DNA of 64,000 nt from Daphnia carinata (GCF_022539665.2 NC_081334.1:1922001-1986000), one strand, 5' to 3'; positions 14,338-30,016 are shown, numbered from the stretch's first letter. Notes: a model not told the origin generated them from the letters alone. Translations and numbers: made by a program.

Positions 14338-17300
14338 ATCCAATGTTTCATTACAAAGAAAAAGAAAGAAAGAACAAACCTCATTTTTGTGTCTATTATT
14401 ATTATGTGAGCTATTTTGAAATCGGCCTACGTAATTCGATTATTTTCTTGTGCTGAACTAGAGACTAGAAGATCGGGGGGGGGATGCCAGTCATCGGGTT
14501 AAACGATAAAGGCGGACGTGAAAGAAACAGTGCCGGCTCAACAGTCTCGAAAAGAAGGAGATTACGGGAGCTGCCAACGAGACCGCCTTATTATTACAAG
14601 TGCCGAGCCTGATGAGTATGTCTGAGAAAAGCCATCGGGCTCCGTATAAGACGACAGCCGTATCGTGAATATACAACACGGCCAAAACGACGAAGATGAC
14701 GCCACCCGCGTGGAAGAATAGCCGGCCAAAAAAAAAAAAAAAAACGCGAGCCATCCGGATCAATGATTTTCGGCAGTGCGTTAGTGTTGAAACGCACCGC
14801 ACATAGCTGCGTGTAATCAAAAGCGTACGCGTTGTAAATACAGGTCCTAAGAAAAATAAGAGACGTATCGTGTAGATAACACGCCTGTAATCGGAGACGG
14901 CCAGCTGTGTGTGTGTGTCTCTTATGTATTCGTAGACGTAAAGATCAACACGGGAGTCATTACATTGGCCGTCTATACTTTGGCCGCGTCTATCTACGCA
15001 TAGCCATAACGTCGGAAGGGCCTTCTCCTTTCGTTCCATTGCCAACCTGATCGTCTTTTACCACGAGACATTGATTTCGCTTGAGTCTCTTCATCGTTCA
15101 ATTGTTTTTTGTTTTTTTTGTGTTTTACCTTAATTGCCAGGAACGTGTTTCACGTTTGGCAAAAAAAGTTGAAGATCAAAACATTTTGGCTTTGTGCGAT
15201 CGTATGTTTCTCTACCGCAAGACAGTGCCATCTTCAACACCATCTTTCAGAACCTTCATCGCACATCACTGTTTACGTGATGCATCGCTTTCATGTGTAT
15301 AACGCCGTCGAATGAAATTTCCGCTTTTTCACGCAAAAGTTAGCCTCATCCTCTCCCCCCCCCCTCTCCCTTTTTGACAAAAAAAAAAAAAAAAATTGTA
15401 TGTTGTGTGCGAAAAATATTTCTGACGTGTCTCTCCTTTTTTTTTTGTGTGTGTGTGTGTGTGTGTTGTATATCCTGTCATTTATACTGGCGTTTTTCTT
15501 ATAGGCATAGATTACAGCAGCCGGGAAATGGGCCGCCATCAGACGGCCGGATTGTTGACGTTGTTACCCTCCTGCTGAACTGATTTCCCCCCTTTACTCC
15601 CTCTTTCTCTCTCTCTTTTTTTTTTTTTTTTTTGTTGTTCTTGAAATTTTCATTTTTATTAGATTTTTTCTTTTCTTTTTTGCTGGCTTTCTCACTTCCT
15701 CTTTTTGTGGCCTCTATTTGCTGACGCCGAATGGCGTGGGAGGATAGATATATAGGGAGGAAAAAGAAAAAAAAGCTGGATGAATCGAATAGTCTTTTGT
15801 GTCGCGAATCGCATCGGGACGAAGCGGCCGCTTATTTGTACTGTGACTGGCGGTGTCGAGATTGTTGACTCGTTCCCTACATCAGGCGCTTTCTTCTTTC
15901 TACTTCGCCTTCGCGACTCCTGTTTATACACACAGCCTGCCCTTTTTTTTTTTTTTTTATTTCTTTTATATGTATTTATATGAAGCGTATTATTCAGCCC
16001 GGAAGACGAACGGACAGTGGGGCGGGGCGGAAAGCAAAAGAACATGTCTCTTTTCCGCTTCTACGTTTGCATTACACCCAACTGGCGATCTAACATTTTT
16101 TGGTTTTCATTCATCAGGGCGCAGCATTTAAACACACACACACACACAAAAAAAAAATCCAAATAACATTTCACGTTGTTGGGATTTATCTTTAGGTACG
16201 CGGTCACGCGAATTGATGAGGTTGTTCGTCATTCCCTTCGTTTTGAAAAAGAAAGGCGTCGGAACTTGATGATGTCACGATAGCAAGTCTGCATATGGTA
16301 GAATGGCAAATGCTATCATAGGCGTATGTACACACACGGAGAGAGAGAGAGAGAGAGAGAAAAAAGGTTACAGAGTACGAACTGAATTCCAGGGTACTAC
16401 GCCACTAGCAGCAGCCGTCATACATAACGCGATACAATAAAGATAAAAAGGATCAGAATTAGCGCAAGCCAAACAACAACGTATAGGCAAAAACAGCAAC
16501 GTTCGTTGGGCCTCTCATTTTGCATGATTTTTTTTAGTATCCTTTTTATCAAAATAAATTCGTTGCCAATCAAGTGTATGAAAATGTGGAACAAAGTCCC
16601 CTCCCCCCTGTTTTCCAATAGCTTTGGAGCCTTTGGACGTGGCTAGCAAAGGGTTGAACGTGAACGCCGGTTATTTAAGTACAGCAAAGTGCCATTGGTC
16701 TTGGCCGTGACACAGGCACAGACAGTCATCGGCTTTGATATAGACACGGAGCCTGCTGTGCGGCGGCAATGTCGAATTGACGAGGCTCATTATCAGTGTC
16801 TAATACCTCGCCATTCTCTCTGTGTGCTCACAGACAGCGGCCCACGCACCGTCTCACTAGAGGCGCTGGAACGCCGTGGCTTGTTTCCCGCTAATGAACT
16901 GCCGTTCGTTCTCTCTCTCTCTCTCTCTCTTTTCTTTTTTTTTTATGATATTACAATTAATATAGAGCTAACATTATATAGACGTAAGGAAAAAAAAAAA
17001 AGAAAAGAAAAAGCGGCTTAAATTTCCTCTCCATGTGCGTCTCCTCTAACAGCTTTTATTTTTAACGTAACCATCTGTCCCCGCTTGATCAGAGTGGCGC
17101 ACCCCGGAACGCTGTTGCTCCCGCTGTGCTTCTACTATTTATTTTTTTTTTTTTTTTTGCTATAGTGTTGTTCCAAACGGTATAGAAAAAAAAAAAAAGA
17201 AAAGAAATGGAACTAGTGCCATAGAGTGAGATGCGTCATAAGTCTACCCAAGTTGTGAATAGAGTTAATTTAGCACGTACAACGTGTACAAACCCATTGC

Positions 17301-17591
17301 ACGCTGTAAATGAGACTAGGTGCCCGATGGTCGTATCAATCGCTCGATATAGGAAAGTTACGTAGGCAAAAAAAAAGAGGGGGGGGGGGGGGAAACGAAG
17401 AGGATAAGATTGTGTGCTGTTAAATTTTTTATCTTCCTTGTAGATTAAATGGACGTATGCACATTTGAGGCTTCCTATCAAGTGCGTGTGTGTACAGCTG
17501 GTGCTAGCAGAGGAAGACCAAGTGGGACCCACGTATGCATCGTTTTTTAAAATTAAAATAGAAAAAAGGGGCATAATGTAAGCAAGTGCTG

Positions 17592-17626
<35 letters not shown>

Positions 17627-20600
17627 GGCTAAAGTATTGGTGTAAATCAAGAACGTGCGAAACCCCATCTGCTTGTGCGCAATCGCTTGACACATTTCCC
17701 ATCCATCGCTTTTGTTTCTGTTCATCCCGATCACATTTTGCACCGTAAGTTGATTTTTTTAAAAGTTATTTTTCAATTTTCGAAGAAAGAAAGAGAAAGG
17801 GCAATGTTGACGTCAGGTCGTAGACGGGCAAAACGATTATTTAAGTTTCACAGGAAGAAAAATAATGTTAAGCAATTCATTTGGCTGCTAGTCGTCTATA
17901 ATTTAGGCGAAATGAGACATATCTAACGCAACGTTATATGACCGCCAACTCGACCCATAAGGGCAACATGCTCCCGTCTGTACATCAATATGAATTGCAG
18001 TCGTTAGTCTATGCGTAATACACACGGTTGCATTTATTTATTTTCAAACGAACAAGAAAGATGAATGTATGCAATCGTCCTTTGAATGCAAATGATTGGT
18101 TATCCACGTTACGAAATAAGGGTTATAACACACCAGACGTACAGAGCAAGTGGTGTACGTACCGCCGGAAGTTTTTGTGTTGCATCTCATTGCGGAGAAG
18201 CCAAAAAAAAAAAAATAAAAATAAGAAATACGAAAAACAACTCTCGCATGTTACGAAAGCGAGCTGCGTGGGCTGTACGCATGTAACAACGATGCTCCTG
18301 ATGAGTTCCAATAAAGGGCAGGGTCTAGGCGCATTGTAATTTGCTGTATAATATGCACAAGAACACGGTGGGCGCGTGGGTTGAAGAGAAGGGAGAGGGT
18401 GAGCCAGAGGATTTAATTAGTTCGTGTCATTATAGTTGGATGGAATGTCAATACTGCTGGCCGTTCTCCGGTCTTGCAGCTCGCGTATGCAATTCATCCA
18501 TCAATACAGCCACAAGCGACACACAATGGCCACCCTCACTGCGTGAGTCACGATGACATGTCCATAGTTTTTGCCTTTGCCATTTAGATTTGGCCAACGA
18601 CACGTTACACGACAACGTACCCCCACTCTTGCCGTGTTCGATTGTCCGTTTGATTATTAGCCCCACCCTCCAAACTTGAGACATTTCATTCTCTCGATTC
18701 TCTTTTGTTTCATTGATTTTAAAATTCCTTTTTAGGAACTGTGCATTGTATCTGAATGAATTCAATGATACATTAATAAGAGATTTCTAAAAAAAAAATC
18801 GTGTAAGACTATAAGGAGCGTCGTTTGACCTATTTATTGGCAACCCAACGTCGATGGCGATGGAGGACCCCTATGAAACGTAACTGAAAATAAACGATTC
18901 AATCCGAGCACGGCGATTGGGGCTGAATAAAACCAAAATGTAGGTCAAATGGCGTTTGCCTATTTATATCAGGAGCAATTGCTTTTGATGGGGGTTACAC
19001 TCGTTTAGATATTTAGGTGTGGCTCTCGATGTCTGTCCTCTGACTGCCCTTAACTGCCGCTATACGAACGCTTGCATTTATATTATACGTACATATCCAG
19101 CCCGACTTTGGGTTGCTGTCCTATGCATAAGCCTTAAAAATCTCTTTTTATTCTGTCTCGAAAATCTCGAGAGAGACGGGCAGGAAAGACAGAAGGACAT
19201 TGATATAAATCTCACTGACACTATAAAAAAAAAAGGCCTGGGCTAAAGAGAGAGGAAGACGAGTTAAGCGGGAGTGTCAAGCAGCCTGTGTGTCAAAACC
19301 ATCTGGTTGTTGGACGTTTGTATAGGCCTGTCTCGATCAATGCGCAATTTCGTTTCTTTCCTCGTGAAAACGAACAGAATTGGCGAGCATGAAAGAAGAC
19401 GTTTGTATTACGCAAGAAAAACTGAAGAATAGGTTCTCATTTGCATTATTGCTAGACTATAAGAGGGAGCAATGTAGCCCAAGCCTATGACTTGTCCAAT
19501 AAAGAGCTTGAATTACACATTTCATTTTTAAAAAGAAATTCATTTTTTTTTTTTTTCGAATGATTTTGGCGCGTATGCGATGTAGAAATGAAACGAGTCG
19601 ATATTTAACTGTCGTCTCCAGCCTTGTCATCCCCATTAATTGGGTCCTAATTTTCTGTCCGCATTTCACATTGGATTCATGTAGGGTAGCAGCATATCGT
19701 TCTGACGGTGCTCTTGGGCGCGCGCGTTCAAATCTTGTCAACAATCGATCCTCAAAAACGTCCTCACACACCCCCCCCCCCCCGTCTTTCCCGTCCCCAA
19801 AAAATATATGACAACTGATTGTTAGAAAGGCAAAAACACCATTTGAGGTTCGGGAGTGGGCAGGGGGGGGGGTTAGGAGGTTAAGAGCCGAGTATGCTTG
19901 TCCCCAGCGTTCGAGGCGCAGATAATTAACAAGCGTCTCTCTCTGTGCAAAAGCCAAACCATTGACATGTTTTGCTGTGTACAGCCGAAAGCAGCACACA
20001 AACAAAACAAACAAAAAAATGGAAATGCAAAAGTGCTCGTCGTTGTCGACAACAACGACGAACGCCACCCCGATTCAAAACGTTTTTGGCCAACCTTTCC
20101 CCCTCTTCCGTTCGCTGATTCACATTAAGAAACTCATGTCAGTTCTTAATAAAAAAAAACAGGGCTAGGCACAGCCGTCACACGAGTGACACCGGCTGCC
20201 ATGACGTCATTTCAAAGCATTGCATGGGCTTCATTGGGCCGCTCGTACGAAACTTACGTATCATAGACGCGGTAATGTATACACCCAATCTACGTAAAAA
20301 AAACCCCAAAAAACGAAGACGTTTTGTTTTTCTGAATTTCCATTCTCTTTCATTTCGATTTTTTTTTTTTTTTTTTTTTTCAGCCCGGCTGTAGGGCCTC
20401 CAGCGTCACGTTTCACATCCGCTGTCTAAATGAACTGTTACTACGCAGCCATCACATAAGAGAGTACCGGGCTTTTGTTTTGTGTGTGTGTGTGTCACCA
20501 CTCGTTACGACGTCAAACATTCTGTGACACGATCTAATTCAGTCATGTCTCTCCCCCCTTGATTCACGAAATGGCCGGGAAACGGAATTGATTATACAAC

Positions 20601-23600
20601 AAACAAAAAAAGAAATCGTTTTAAAACACCCAGTTTTAGGAGGGGAGGGGGGGGGCAGTCCAAATAGGCCAAACGCTCTAATGCCCTGTGCTGTATTGAC
20701 ATTAGTTTTTGAGAGCTGATGTGCATTTGAATAACGACTTGATATCTGGCGTGTGATTGTCGATAAAAGTCGAAGAAAAGAAATTATCCGCCATCTTTTT
20801 GCAACTCTCTTCATGTTTTGTTTCTCAACCCTTTCCACCCTTCCCATTCTTTCACCCTTTATCTGTGTCCACCCTCATTAGACCACCCCAAAACCACGCT
20901 GCCAAAATTCGCCCTTCTTTTGTTTTTGCGCGCCTCTGCGAGTTGCTACCGCGGCTGATCGCCAGTGCGTCTGACGAATCAGCCGAAAAATGGCTGACGA
21001 TTCTCCCTCTCCGAGCAACGTGATTTGTTTCTGTGTTTATGTGTTTTTATATTATGTGTCTTATTTAAGTGGTCGATAGCAATTATCGACAATGGGGGGG
21101 GGAGGGAGGCTGACGCTTCGGGAAAACGGTGAACAGACGCACATGCGTAAGGGCCAACTACGTAGGACAACGAGAATTCGATTCGAAAGGTAAAACGATA
21201 AACATTGACATTTGTGTGTCAGTGTGCTTTAAACAGGTTACCTGTGTAATGGCATCACGTTTTCATGGTTCTTTTGAGTTATTCATCCCTCACGTCGATT
21301 GTTGTGAATTGTGTATGCGTTTGAGTATGTTGTGCGTGTATATCTTATTACGCAAGCCGACCCATCAAATATGAAACGAAGCAGTCCCCGTCTCGTCTAC
21401 CAAAGTCTTTCGTTTGAATTATGCAATGTGCGGTGGGTTTACACGATCGCCCGCACATTGGGTCCGTTAAGAATTGTAGGGGCGAAGCATCGCGTGACAC
21501 GCTGATGGACTTTGTGCCTATAATCGGCCGTCGATTTACTCACCCGATCTCAATCAATACGTGATTAGAAAATAAGGGCCTGAAAGCATTCCGTAAGAGT
21601 ACAACGTCCACTTGTTCCAGCACGACGTAGACGTGTATTCATTATTATTTGAAGCCATTTACCTTTGTATTGTTCTTGAATTGATGACTGCATTAAAGGC
21701 CGGCCAACGTGCCCCAGCTAAACACGAGGATGGGACGGTGGCATCGTACGATGACATCATCATAGAAGATCATAGCTAGCGGCTAAGCTCTGCACGCTGT
21801 CGTACGGACAATCGTCGCTTATGAGGCACATAACGTTTAAATCAAGAATGGCAACTTTAGGGAAGGCGAGGGGGCAATCACTTGGGGAACACACCGTTCC
21901 ATCAGGATTCTTCGAGTCTCTTTTGAGGATTCTCTCGTGACACACAGCGATCAGACGGATGTGCCGGGTGGGATGCCGGACTCAGATAGGACCAAACTTT
22001 TGCCCCCCCCACCCCCCACCCCCTGCAGACACAAAATATTTTCAGAGGGGCAAAACAAAAAGCTAAAAGACGAGGGTTGGGTTGTGGGTTAAGATTGAAA
22101 GAGCCGGGTAGCGATGGCGATTCTTTATTATTATTATTATTTTGATTTTGATTTGCCATAGTGCGTGGGCGTCGTTTGGGTTGTGCCGGAGAAGGGGCGG
22201 AGTCTGACATGGCGGACGGGTTTTCCCTTCGTTTTCCTCTTCCATTTCCTTCTACCTTCCCTTTTGCTTTCTCATCATCACAATCTTCTTCGATTTCATT
22301 CGTCTTTTTTTTCTTCTTCTTCTTCTTCTTATGTATCCCTCGTATTTGTACAACGTTTTTTTTTTCCCCCTTCTTTGCCACCCAAACAAAAAGAGAAAGA
22401 AGAACGAAAGTAGGCGAAGGGTAGATTGAGGAGGAGGAGGAGGAGCCGCAGGGAGGACGGTGGACGAGAAAAGGCCTGGCCTCGGCTGGATGAGGCGAGA
22501 GAAGACGGGCAAGAAAGACACGGCACCACACGGCCCTCTCACTCGACAGTCGCTCGCCGTAAACGCCTGCCGCAGCTTCCTTCCTCCGTACGCTCCTTTC
22601 ACTTTCGTTTCTGTTATTTTTTTGTTTGCTTTCAAATTCTCTTCTTCTTACTCTTTTTGCCGTTCGGGCTGTTTTTTCGTTTCCCCCCCCCCCCCCCCGC
22701 CCTTGATTGTTGATAAGTGTACCTAACTCTTGTTTCTAATTGATTTTTTTTTTCTATGTATTGTGCTTAAGTTCTATAAAAAAAAAAGAGAGGGGGCGAT
22801 GCCAGATCATTGTTTGGCCGAAGGAAAGAGCCATCGACCCGCCAAGTGGTTCCTACTTTCTTCGGTCGACGCGCTCGTTCTAGAATTTTTTTTTTGTTTC
22901 ATAAATAAATCAAGGAAATAAATGCAGGGTCATTCAAATAGATAACGCTGAAGGGCTTTGAAAAAAAAAAAAATTAGAGCTTTTCATTTGCAAAATCGAG
23001 CGTCCGCACTTCTCTGTAACGACATTGAGGGCAAAAACTGAAAGATAAGGCGGAGGGATAAAGGAGGATCTTTAAATTTCAATAGGGGAAAAAGAAGAAG
23101 GCGATTTCATTAGGGTTTCATTTGAATAATTGACACGCTAAATGTTTCTGTGAGATTGCCACGAATTCTATTGCAATTTTCGTTTTTAAATTTTGCATCG
23201 CGCAGCACAAGGCTTTCCGCTACGACTCGTAGCGTTTTTCATTTCTATTTATTACCCGCTTGCAAGTGTTTTATACAAATCTCGATCTAAATGTTGACTA
23301 ATTGTGATCCTCTTTTCATTTGAAGTTGGTGCGGAGCGGCCGGCAGCAGAGGATTTAAAAAAATCAGCCGAGTGCGAAACGAAACAAGCCACAACAAACA
23401 TTGAAAAGCTATTTCAAACTCTGGCTGACTTAACTCATTTCTCCACCCGCTACACCAAATTGCAAACCGCCCTCGAAAAAAACAAAACAAAACAAAACAA
23501 AAAACAAATAGTAATTGAAAAACAAATCAAAAACAATTAAAGACATCGCAACGAGACCAAACACCAAACCATCGGTGCACCGTGTTTTGCGGTCCTAGTG

Positions 23601-26600
23601 ATTCGATCGGGACAAACGGTTCGAACGCGTTGTCGCTGCCACTCCAAACAAACAAACAAAAAAAAAAAAAAAAAAAAAAAGGCGATCACGTTACGTTTTT
23701 CACGGTACGTGGCTATACACGATAGGACTATACAATACGTGTGTGTGTATCTCGCGTCCCATTCGAAGACGTCCGTTCCTTCAAAGCAGTCGCACATTTT
23801 CTTTCGTTTTGATTCAATTTCGCCTCCGCGCTCGTTTGCAAAAACAAACGAATCGATTCGCCGCGTGACAGTTGCAACTCCAGTTCTACTCGTCCGTTTT
23901 TGTTTTTTTTTTTGTTTGAAACATCTTTTTTTTTCCTGGAAAGAAGAAGACATCGAAGCACGACGATATTTTTGGCCAGCCCCCTATTTTTTCGCTTTTC
24001 ATCGGCCTCCAAAAGGAAAAAGGGTAAGTTTGCACACACGCGTTTTATTACATCAATCTGAATAAGCGACTCTTTAAACGTAGGCCACACGCTTTCGTTT
24101 TGATCAATTTCTCTTGCCATTCATCCCGACAGGCTGCTGTTTCTTACATGCGTATCTAATACTCGCTCATTTTTTTTTTTTTCTTGTTGTCTATGTCTGA
24201 CTTTGATCAATGAGACTAGCGTAAAGCCCAGAAGCCGAGAAATGCGCACCCGCTGCGATAAAAAGCCAACGGCCCTCTTTTTTATTTTTGATTTCCGACA
24301 AAAAAAAAAAAAAAAAATCAGGGCTGATCACGTCCAATGTGTCTTTCCGTTTAATGAGCCCAATGTTTTGTTTTTATTTTGGGAAGGGGGCCTCTAATGA
24401 AGATGATGGACGTACGTAGAATCAAAGCTTTTCGTGCTACACGACCACGGCCGAAATGTCAGGCGCATATCGAACGCGCGTCTATCCAAACAGAAAAGAA
24501 AAAAAAAGCGGGTCCCGCATCGCTTTGCGTGTCGCTATCGACGAGGCAGATGAGGAGTCACGTTAGATGTGCGTCTTTATTCTTTACGTTCTCGGCTGAT
24601 ACTATGATCGTGCCAAACAGTTCCACCATATGGGATGACGTTCATTTCTCCTTTTACATTGAATATCGTAAGGCAAAATGAAAAGAAAACGAACCCGAGG
24701 TTGAACAGTTGGATCGACGTTGCGAAGGCGGCGGCTGGATGCGAAATATTGCCGTTTGCCTGATGAGAAATGCGATTATGTTTGTTCTGTTCGTAGGCAA
24801 TCCACGAGCTGTTGTCACTGTTTTCTTTCCTTTTTTTTTTTTTTTTTTTCCCCGTTTACATTCAGAGATTGTGCATCGTAGGGTTTCTTGTTCGTCATCG
24901 GGCCCCGCAGCATTATCAGATCCGTACGTGCGCATGTCGATCCTAAGCCACTAAGTAATGACATACGAGGAGAGAGCTTTATTTAAAAGAGATACTGAAG
25001 GTGGCCAATAAAAATAAATAAATAAAACCAGAGTTGGGACTGGTATGAATGTACCAAACGTATTTTGCGGTTGTAGGTCGCGATTGAATGTTCAGCGTTT
25101 TTCCCCTGAATGAAAATACGATTGGGTCGTGTGGCATACAAATGATAGGCTCCCTCGTTCGCAAATTTCGGCTTCAAAAAATGAAACTCTTTTAGAGCGT
25201 GTGCGAAGATATGAAATAGAGAGGTGGATCGTGATCGCAATGAAAATGCCGGATCAACTTTTTGTCAACACAACTCTTATTTTGCTTTTTTTTTGGGGGG
25301 GGGGGCGAAAATCTCTTTCTTCCATCTCTGTCTATTATTTTTTTATTTTTCTTTGAATTTTGCCCCAACACAGCATCAGGTGCTTTCGTCCTTGAATCCG
25401 CTAAACAAACGAGAGTGCACGCGGGATTTAGTTCCAAAAAAGAAAAAGGTCGTGGTGTGTTTTTCCCTATTGATTCTCTTTCATTTCATTTTCTTTTAAT
25501 TTTTCTTTCTTTCTTTTCTTTTTTTTTGTGAGGAAAAAAAGGGCGAAAGTTATTAGACCCGGTTGATAGGCCATAAGGCAACGAGTAGAGTTCGCCTCAA
25601 AGTTGAGCCCTTTTCCCCGGAATCCATCAATTCGACTGATTAGACCAACAAAAATATTGGCCCGTCTCCGTTTCTGTAAGCGCTCCGGCTTTCCGGCCAT
25701 TTGCCCATTCTTGCCTCTACACTATAATCTCACCCCCCCCCCCTCTTTTCTATATAACATCTCAAAGTCTATATAGTTCTCTAATGCAAACCTGTTATGC
25801 TTATTTCGATAAGGATCTATATGGCAGGTCGCAAAAGGTTATGCGGATTGACGACGTGTGGTCCCGACCGAAAGTAATTAATGACGCGTGTTATGTTATC
25901 GATGGAGCCGCGTAATCGGGGCACAGATTGGGAATGCCGCATTCCCTCCCGCAGAGCTGCGAAACAGAACTAAAAGCGACGTTAAACCAATACCAACTGA
26001 CCATTGAGAAGTCTTCGAATTCTAGCGGACAGGAGGAGATGAATGAAAAAAAAAAATAATAATAAAATAAAAGAAGAAGGACATTGAGGCAAAAGAGAGA
26101 GAGAATAAGATTGAACGATTCGATTGAAGAGAGGCCAGTGTTTGCAAGCGGTGCGTTCATCTGGATACACAGTTTCGAAACGCTCCACTGATCTGAACGC
26201 ACAGAGAGGCCCTTGACGTCATGCAACCCTCTTCCTAAGCTGTTTGGCTTGGCGTATTTTTGATTCGGAAACGCTATGCAAAACATTCCGCACATACACA
26301 CACAAAAGAGGAGAGGCCGGCGCCATTGTCGCAAATAAATGCGCCGCGTCCAACGTCGCGACGCTGCAATTATTCATGTTATACTTTGCCTAATCGTATC
26401 CCCCGGCGTAAAACGGGCACCGTGTTATCACGCCTTTTCATGTTTGATTTGCTTTCTTTAGCTTACACACACACACACACCGTTCGCTACGTATCTATTG
26501 TGTTCGTCGTTCACATCAGATTCTTTTCCCTTTTTTTTTTGAAAAGAAATAAAAATAAAAATACAACGAAGATGAGGACGCGTGACGTTTAGAAAGAGAA

Positions 26601-27666
26601 AAGCAAAGGGTTCGGAGTGGTGGGCCGAGTTCAACTGGCCGAAGAAGAAGCGAGGGGCCATCAAATAATCTAGGGCAATTAACTTGTCGGGGTCCGTGGC
26701 GATTGCCCGTTTGTTGTACATGTCACAGCGTCGAGAGTCATTATTCACGCTCAGCCCCCCCCCCCCCCCCCGCCAATTCTATATGGACGAGCTTTTATTT
26801 AACGACGTGCGGCCGCAGGGCCACGTCGCGTCGCTTTTCCATGACAATAGAAACGACCCAAACAAGGTCATTAACATCAAATAGGAATTATATATATATA
26901 TATACTGGATTATTGTGGGCGGATGGTGGTGGTACTTGTCAGCTCTGTGTGTCTTGTGAGGCCCGGGTTTTTTTTTTGGGGGGGGGGGGGACAAAGTGAA
27001 GTGGCGGGCGGTAATCAGGCTTATGTGGAAGGCAATGAGGTACAGCGAAGAGCAAATGAAAAGGAGGCAAAGCCCGTTATCGGCTAGTCTCGACGTTTCA
27101 ACGAGGCCAATTTTTATGATGAACGTGCAGCCAATGAATTCAAACATTTAATTCGCATCAGCAATTGAGAATGGCAACTGCTAGGCCCATTGCGTCCGCA
27201 TTTCCTTTCTATTCTTTTTTTTTTTTTTTTTATGTCCTTAAAAAAAAAAAAAAAAAAGATCGGAACCGGAAGTCTTGTTGGACGCAAAGTAATTATGACC
27301 TCCCATTGATAATGATAGGGAGCAGGTGGCGGAGCCGAGGGGTGGCGGTGGAGGAGTTTCAGCCGGGTGCGCCCAACGAAGACGGGGCCGGGGGAAGAAG
27401 ATAAATCGACGCGCAACAGCACAACAACAGGAAAAAAAAGGAAAAAGAAAAAAAAAAAAAAAGAGAGCCCAGTGATTGCGCCTGACTGACCGTTTACGTC
27501 ATCAATCAGGAAACAAGAGGCGCTATAGACGAGATCGAAGCCACCGGAACTGACACGAAATTCAATTCAATTCAAATTCAATCGAAATAGAAAAAAATAA
27601 AAATAAAAATAAATTCGAAATAAAAAACAAACAAACAAAAGAAACAAAAAAAAAAAAAAAAAAAAA

Positions 27667-29070
27667 ATGCAGTGGTCACGATGGTTGCTCGTGGTTGGCT
27701 TGCTGCTTTTATGGACGGCGTCGCCAGCGTCGCCGAGCAACGCCAGCCCGCGCGAGTTGAAAGCGCTCAGGGCTGCGCTGAAGAAACAGCAGCGCATCAA
27801 AGATCAGCTGTTGCAACAACAGCAACAACAGCAACGCTCCTCTTCATCATCATCATCTGGCGGCGTCAACAGCAAAGGGGCGTCCATAGGAGGCAGCGGC
27901 GAGTACGTGCCGGACGCCGGCCCGTGGTCCTCTTCGTCCGTGGACGGCAATAGCGAGCCGAGTTGCGAACAGTTGCGCCTCATGTGGCGCCAATCGAAGC
28001 GACACTCGCGGGCGGCCGAAACGACGAACGAAATCCCGCAGTACGCGGACCCGTTCGCCCGGGCCGCCTCGGCCCATTACGCCCGTCAACGTCAACAGGA
28101 CCTCTCTTCGGGAGCCGAACCGACGCTTCGCCCCAGGCAGGAGAGGCGGCCCGTCATCTACGGCCGCCTCCATTCTTCGCCATCGACGGCGTCGGACGAA
28201 GGGGCCGATCGGCCGCTTCGACCCTTCGACGTCCTGCGCAAACTGAGCTGGACGGAGTCGTCGGCGGCGGACGGCGGGCCGATGGAATCGATGAACGGCC
28301 AGGGCCGAAGTAGCTCGGGCGTGGTCCTATACGGCGACGAGGACCGATCGCCCTTCGCCAAATCGCCGGCCAAGGGCAGCCTGCAGCATCTGCGCGAACT
28401 CGTCCGCGAGGAGCAGGGCCGTCCGGCCGGCGTTAAAGGCAGTTTCCAGCAATTGCGCGACATGGTCCGCGAAGAAAACCAGCAAGCAAGAGGAGGCGCT
28501 TCTTCCAGCCGCTCGGACTGGAGCGAGGCCGACGTTGGACGCGTCGTCACGTCGCCGGCCGATCACGCCAGCAAACACCTGCTGTTCGCCATGCAGGGCG
28601 ACGCCCCTTACGACAGTTCCGGCGGCGGATCTTCGCCGCAACATCAGCGCGGCCATTCGAGACGGCCATCCAACGCCAACAATTACAGCCGGCTGTCGTC
28701 GTTTGGCAAGTCGCACCATCGCAATCACAACAGCCAGAACGGCAACAACAAAGGCCAGCAGCAGCAACAGCAGCAGCAGCAGCAGCAGGCGATGAGCGAG
28801 CCGTTGGACGCGGCCGCCGTGGCAGCAGCTTCGCGTAAGTCGTTCCAGCTGAGGGACCCTCCTCGGCCGAGGATCAGCTCGAGCCGCTTGTTGGGCAGCC
28901 AGCGAGCCGCCTCGGCCAACGCCAACAAATGGACGTCTTCGTTCGCCGCCAGCTCGGATTCCGACGATGATGTGGGCGTCGTGCGCGGCTACGTCGTCGG
29001 CAAGGACGGCGTTAAACCGCTCTACTCGTCCTCTAAGCCCAACAGGAGATCCTTAACGTCGGCCACTGCC
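27667..29070 (+). CDS. Coding exon 1 of an uncharacterised secreted precursor-like protein (signal peptide, polyQ/polyS, dibasic sites)
   Basis: GC-rich long ORF with N-terminal signal peptide MQWSRWLLVVGLLLLWTASPAS. Motifs EPSCEQLRLMWRQSKRHSRAAETTNEIPQYADPF and duplicated GS(L/F)Q(H/Q)LR(E/D)xVREE. GTAAGT donor at 29071 (phase 0). Confidence 0.9.
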
Positions 29071-30016
29071 GTAAGTGAATGATTTTCGATGAATTTGGGA
29101 TTTTATTTTATTTTATTTGTTTGTTTTTTTTAAAGGTTTGTATCAATATGTATAGGATTGAAAACATTGTTGCCGATAGAGAAATAGCGTCTTATTGTAT
29201 GATGGTAACAAGGGAAAAAGAAGAGCGGAAGGGGGGGGGAGGGGAGGGAAGACTAGGAATCACGTACGAAGAGTGAGACGGCAGGGACTCATATTGCGTA
29301 TAAGCTTAAATCCCTGACTAGTACGAATCACGAGATTGAATAACAGTAATAATAATAATAATAATAGAAAGCCGTTAGTATGGGACGACAACATCCTATT
29401 ACATCCGACCCAGCCCTTCGCAATGATTCCGTTCAATCACGAAATTGAACGGGGACACGTGACGCGTAGAGGGGAACAGCCAATATGTTAAACAGCACCT
29501 TGCAACAAGTTCTCGTTTGTTTTGTTTATTTTTTTTTTTATTCATTTTTTATTTATTTATTTATTTATTTTTTTTTTTAAAGGGGAATAATGTTGCTTGT
29601 AGATAATACCTGAAATTCTATTTGCCCTTCCGGCCATGTGCAAGACTCGCCTAAATTCAACGGTATATGAAATCTTGTACAACATATGCACGTCTTCCTT
29701 TTTTGCTCAGTATGTGGGAGGATATAAATCGAAAGCGTTTCATTGTGTGTGTGTGTGTTATTTCAGATTTCTCTCTCTCTTTTTTTTCTGTTGAGAAGAG
29801 AGAAGCAAAAAAAAAAATAAATTCATAGCGAAAGCTTCGAATGAAAAAAACGTCCTCAGCTCGTAATCGGCTTTGACCGCATCCGCTAGCAAACAAGCCC
29901 CACCCCTTCTTAAAAGATATGGGGGGGGGGGTCTGTGTTATGAATATACGTATATTGTACATGCACATCTCTTGAATTGAATAGAATAACGTTAAGATGC
30001 AATGCGTTTCAATTAG

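Noticed and set aside
14605..14645. Hammerhead ribozyme core (CTGATGA...GAAA)
   Set aside because: Stems I and II and the NUH site do not form; other CTGATGA hits (2263 rc, 18299, 24760, 38762) also lack the full core.
4300..27600. Numerous 60-200-aa ORFs
   Set aside because: They are dominated by homopolymer and microsatellite translations (poly-F/K, CV/HT repeats) with no recognisable domains or consistent splice phases.
27672..28928. Overlapping and antisense ORFs within the large exon
   Set aside because: Expected shadows of a GC-rich CDS.
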